Origin: Oculatellaceae cyanobacterium bins.114 | GTDB taxonomy: Bacteria > Cyanobacteriota > Cyanobacteriia > Elainellales > Elainellaceae | Direction of reading: 5' to 3' | NCBI GenBank assembly: GCA_033764315.1 | Contig: JANRJA010000041.1 | Coordinates: forward strand, 11,050-75,049 | Length of the DNA: 64,000 bases | In this document: positions 60,796-64,000 of the stretch, in pieces | Position numbering within the stretch: the stretch's first letter is position 1 | Layout of the letters: each line of letters begins with the position of its first letter | The notes under the pieces: model-generated | Database searches by the model: none | Told to the model about the DNA's origin: nothing | What the model saw: only the letters and a program-made list of their open reading frames with translations | Made by a program: the position numbers and the translations under genes

Positions 60796-62091
60796 TTAAG
60801 CTTCAGTAAATTGCATAGAACTCCACTTCAAAATAGGCGCAATCATCCCTTTTCTAGTTCGACCGTTTAACGAATTCCAGAGTGGGGAAATACCGTGATC
60901 AAGAATAATTTCAAATTGAATGACTGGATCTAAATTCACAATCCAATACATATTATGTCTGCCTATTCGAGGGCAAAGATAATAGATTCCGCCATTCAAA
61001 AGACTGGCTGGAATTGTACATCGCCAAGAATTTTGTCCAATATTAATTTGAAGTAGACAATCAGGTGATACATCAGTTTGATAACTTCTAAACAGTGTCA
61101 CCCCATCTTGAGATAACAAATCAAAACCAATGCACAGTGCAGGGCTGTTGATTGTTGCAATAAACTCTAGCTCAATGAAGAGATGTTGTTTACTTGAATA
61201 AACACCATAGGAGTTTCCATCTTCACTTCTAACACGAATAGCAAGAAGCTTAATCTCCTCATTCCCTGGAGCCTGAGATATCGTCCATCGTATTTCACTT
61301 CCAATTTTGCTAATGGAAGTAAGGTAATGTGAAACAACAGTTTGCACCTCACCTTGGCAAGCAACTTGTCCAGCTTCCATTAAAACAGCTTTACCACATA
61401 GAGACTGTATTGCCTGCATGTTGTGACTGACAAACAGAACTGTTCTTCCTTGCCTTCCAACTTGTTCCATTTTTCCGATACATTTTTGTTGAAATGCCGT
61501 GTCTCCAACCGCTAACACCTCATCCACAATCAAAATCTCAGGCTCCAAATGAGCCGCAACCGCAAACGCAAGACGCACATACATTCCTGACGAATAGCGT
61601 TTTACAGGTGTGTCCAAGAATTTTTCAATCTCCGCAAAGTTCACAATTTCATCAAACTTGCGTTTGATCTCCGCTTTGCTCATCCCCAAGATGGCACCGT
61701 TTAAATAGATGTTTTCTCGCCCTGTAAGTTCCGGGTGAAACCCTGTCCCCACTTCTAATAAACTGGCAACTCGTCCCTTAATTTTGATACGTCCAGTTGT
61801 AGGTTCCGTAATCCGGCTCAAAATCTTGAGTAGTGTTGACTTTCCCGCTCCATTACGACCGATAATGCCCACGCGATCGCCCTGTTTTACCTCAAATGAC
61901 ACATCTTTGAGTGCCCAAAACTCTTCTGATTTTAGGTTTTGGAGTTTAGATTTGGGATTGCGGAGGCGTTGAGCCAATCCTTTAGCTCTATTGGCGATCA
62001 CATCTCGCAATGCGGTATAACGCTCGCTTGGCTGATGCCCAATGATGTACTTCTTACTCAAATTTTCGACGCGAATAACCGTATCAGACAT
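60796..62091 (-). CDS. wzt: Wzt-type polysaccharide ABC exporter ATPase with C-terminal extension
   Basis: [41 protein letters not shown] and DEVLAVGD; C-terminal beta-rich domain. Confidence 0.9.
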   Translation of the reverse strand: MSDTVIRVENLSKKYIIGHQPSERYTALRDVIANRAKGLAQRLRNPKSKLQNLKSEEFWALKDVSFEVKQGDRVGIIGRNGAGKSTLLKILSRITEPTTGRIKIKGRVASLLEVGTGFHPELTGRENIYLNGAILGMSKAEIKRKFDEIVNFAEIEKFLDTPVKRYSSGMYVRLAFAVAAHLEPEILIVDEVLAVGDTAFQQKCIGKMEQVGRQGRTVLFVSHNMQAIQSLCGKAVLMEAGQVACQGEVQTVVSHYLTSISKIGSEIRWTISQAPGNEEIKLLAIRVRSEDGNSYGVYSSKQHLFIELEFIATINSPALCIGFDLLSQDGVTLFRSYQTDVSPDCLLQINIGQNSWRCTIPASLLNGGIYYLCPRIGRHNMYWIVNLDPVIQFEIILDHGISPLWNSLNGRTRKGMIAPILKWSSMQFTEA

Positions 62092-62216
62092 AATTCAGAG
62101 AATCCACTACTCTATTAATCAGCAGTAGCACGGCTCATCAGGACAGGTTATGCAAAGCAGTTCTCTCTTTGAGTGTCATGAGAAGCAGGGAGCGATCGCT
62201 CCTCTACTCCCTATTC

Positions 62217-62318
62217 GGCGTTGCTGAATGGAGGTGTGCTTCATGGATGTTGATCGTGACAGCAAGGGTGTTTTGCGAAACGCCTTGACACGATTCATGC
62301 AGTTAATCAGCAACATCC
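62217..62318. repeat. MITE-like element with GGCGTTGCTGA-type imperfect inverted termini
   Basis: GGCGTTGCTGAAT ... ATCAGCAACATCC; CTATT occurs on both flanks. Confidence 0.6.
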
Positions 62319-62333
62319 CTATTTTTTGAAGCC

Positions 62334-62954
62334 TTAAACAGTCCCTTCCATGTCATTGCCACGTCGCAAAATACGAATGCCACGACGACGGGTAATCTCT
62401 TGTAAATCAATTGACACGCCATATTCATCCACCACAACAGCCAAATGTTCGCGGGCTGCTTGAAAGGTTTTCAGCAGCTTGCCAGTGCGCAGCGATTCGG
62501 GGATGAAATGGGCAGGACGGGTCAGACTAGCAACAGTTTGTCCCTCATGCTCTTGAATCAAACCAATCAGCAATTCGGATCGTAGGGCGATCCCCAAAAC
62601 TTCATCCAACGATTCTTCAACCACAATCATGCGGGAATGTTGTGAAAAGACAATGTCAGCTTTGGCTTCAACCAGAGTGGCCTTGCCATAGAGATAAGTG
62701 ATCGCCACACGAGGAGTCATCATATCTCTAGCAGTCACGTCATTGAGTCGAAATACTTGTTGAATCATCTCAAACTCGTCTTCCTCAATCACCCCTTCTT
62801 GATGTCCGAGTCTTGCCAGCAATTGAATTTCAATCTCATTGGTAATAGGTCGTCGTTGTCCTCCAACAAACGGAGCCGTCACCTTCTCTAGACCTACTAC
62901 CAACGGAGTGAATATAATCGTGTCAAATAAGCTGAAATGTTGTGGAATGGGCAT
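62334..62954 (-). pseudogene. Truncated CNNM/hemolysin-C-type CBS-domain gene
   Basis: Motifs EGVIEEDE..MI..VF.L...A.D.MTPR, HSR..V and HLAVVVDEYG are present. Most of the N-terminal DUF21 TM domain is missing, as is the segment normally following DEYG. Confidence 0.75.
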
Positions 62955-63116
62955 CTTCCGACTGAGTTCATGCCAAAGTCTTGCCTATTCAGGCGAGTGT
63001 CTCTACCCCACAATTTATTTAATGCAGGCTTCTAAGGAGTTATAGTCACAAGTGCAAAAAGCATTAGTCCCCTTGTATCTTAGAGGAGTGGCAGACCACT
63101 CCCCCTTTTTCTCCCT

Positions 63117-63773
63117 ATGATTCGTGTGTTGTTAGTAGACGATCAACAAATCATGTGCCAAGGGTTAAAAGCCTTGTTAGAGCTTGAGGCTGACTTAGAA
63201 ATTGTGGGAGAAGCTAGCAATGGACAAATGGCTCTGCACCAGGTTGAGGCATTGCACCCCGATGTGGTGTTGATGGATGTGCGGATGCCCGTGATGGATG
63301 GTGTTGCGGCGACCGGGGCGATTTGTCAACAGTTTCCCCAGACCAAAGTGTTGGTGTTGACCACCTTTGATGATGAACACTATGTGGCAGAAGCGTTGCA
63401 ACTCGGAGCCGCAGGCTATTTGCTGAAAGACACCCCCTCTGAAGAATTGGCGATCGCCATTCGCACCGTCTATAAGGGCTATACTCAATTGTCTCCGGGC
63501 ATTGTGCAAAAAATGATTGCCAAAAACCCACGTCCAACCCCTCAAACTCTGCCCGATCTGCCTCCTGGCTTTGCCGAATTGACTCGTCGCGAACGGGAAG
63601 TATTGCGCCTGATTGCGACAGGCTCTAGTAACCGGGAAATTGCTCAAACCCTTTACATCTCAGAAGGTACTGTCCGCAACCACGTCACCAACATTTTGGC
63701 AAGACTCGAACTGCGCGATCGCACTCAAGCTGCCATCTTTGCAAACGCGATCGCTCCTTGGCTCAATTCATAG
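63117..63773 (+). CDS. NarL/LuxR-family response regulator
   Basis: REC motifs (LLVDD, LMD, LTTFDD, GYLLKD) and LuxR HTH (LTRREREVL...SNREIA...TVRNHV). Confidence 0.96.
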   Translation: MIRVLLVDDQQIMCQGLKALLELEADLEIVGEASNGQMALHQVEALHPDVVLMDVRMPVMDGVAATGAICQQFPQTKVLVLTTFDDEHYVAEALQLGAAGYLLKDTPSEELAIAIRTVYKGYTQLSPGIVQKMIAKNPRPTPQTLPDLPPGFAELTRREREVLRLIATGSSNREIAQTLYISEGTVRNHVTNILARLELRDRTQAAIFANAIAPWLNS

Positions 63774-63811
63774 CTAATCAGCCATAAAGAGAGGCTTCAT
63801 CACCTGAGCAA

Positions 63812-63889
63812 TATAGTAATCCCAAATGGGTTGTGAGGGGTGCACCTCTCACAACCCGCCCATCTCACAACTGATTTAGGACTGCTATA
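63812..63889. repeat. MITE-like element with internal hairpin
   Basis: TATAGTAATCCCAAAT ... ATTTAGGACTGCTATA termini; internal GGGTTGTGAG...CTCACAACCC stem. Confidence 0.7.
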
Positions 63890-64000
63890 GGTAGATATTA
63901 AGTAGGTGGGGGAATTAACTGTAAGATGCGTTTCGACTCCCATTCGACTCCCTCAAGACAAGCCACTCAACGCTCTAATCTCTCTGGCAACGGGTTGAGC

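Overview
This is cyanobacterial DNA: the HIP1 octamer GCGATCGC is dense throughout, and several families of palindromic and heptamer repeats suggest a filamentous strain. From left to right the window holds: (1) a frameshifted transposase remnant; (2) a minus-strand BMP-family ABC transporter plus amidohydrolase operon, probably for nucleobase-type nitrogen; (3) a divergent HTH/NB-ARC/WD40 STAND protein and a GT39 transferase; (4) a complete nirA-nrtABCD-narB operon with a recognisable NtcA class II promoter and two tandem NtcB-type boxes; (5) a ~5,100-aa Tc-toxin A-like gene with no TcB or TcC partner in the window, whose scaffold is split by a ~2,300-aa array of LamG-like and other beta-sandwich repeats; (6) a membrane double-zinc-ribbon protein; (7) a ~23-kb glycan biosynthesis cluster with an embedded RTX Ca-binding protein, a Wzy-like polymerase and wzt without wzm; (8) a CBS-domain pseudogene and a NarL-type regulator. 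The giant TcA-like gene is the main candidate for an undescribed system. All calls come from motif recognition by eye; no database searches were run.
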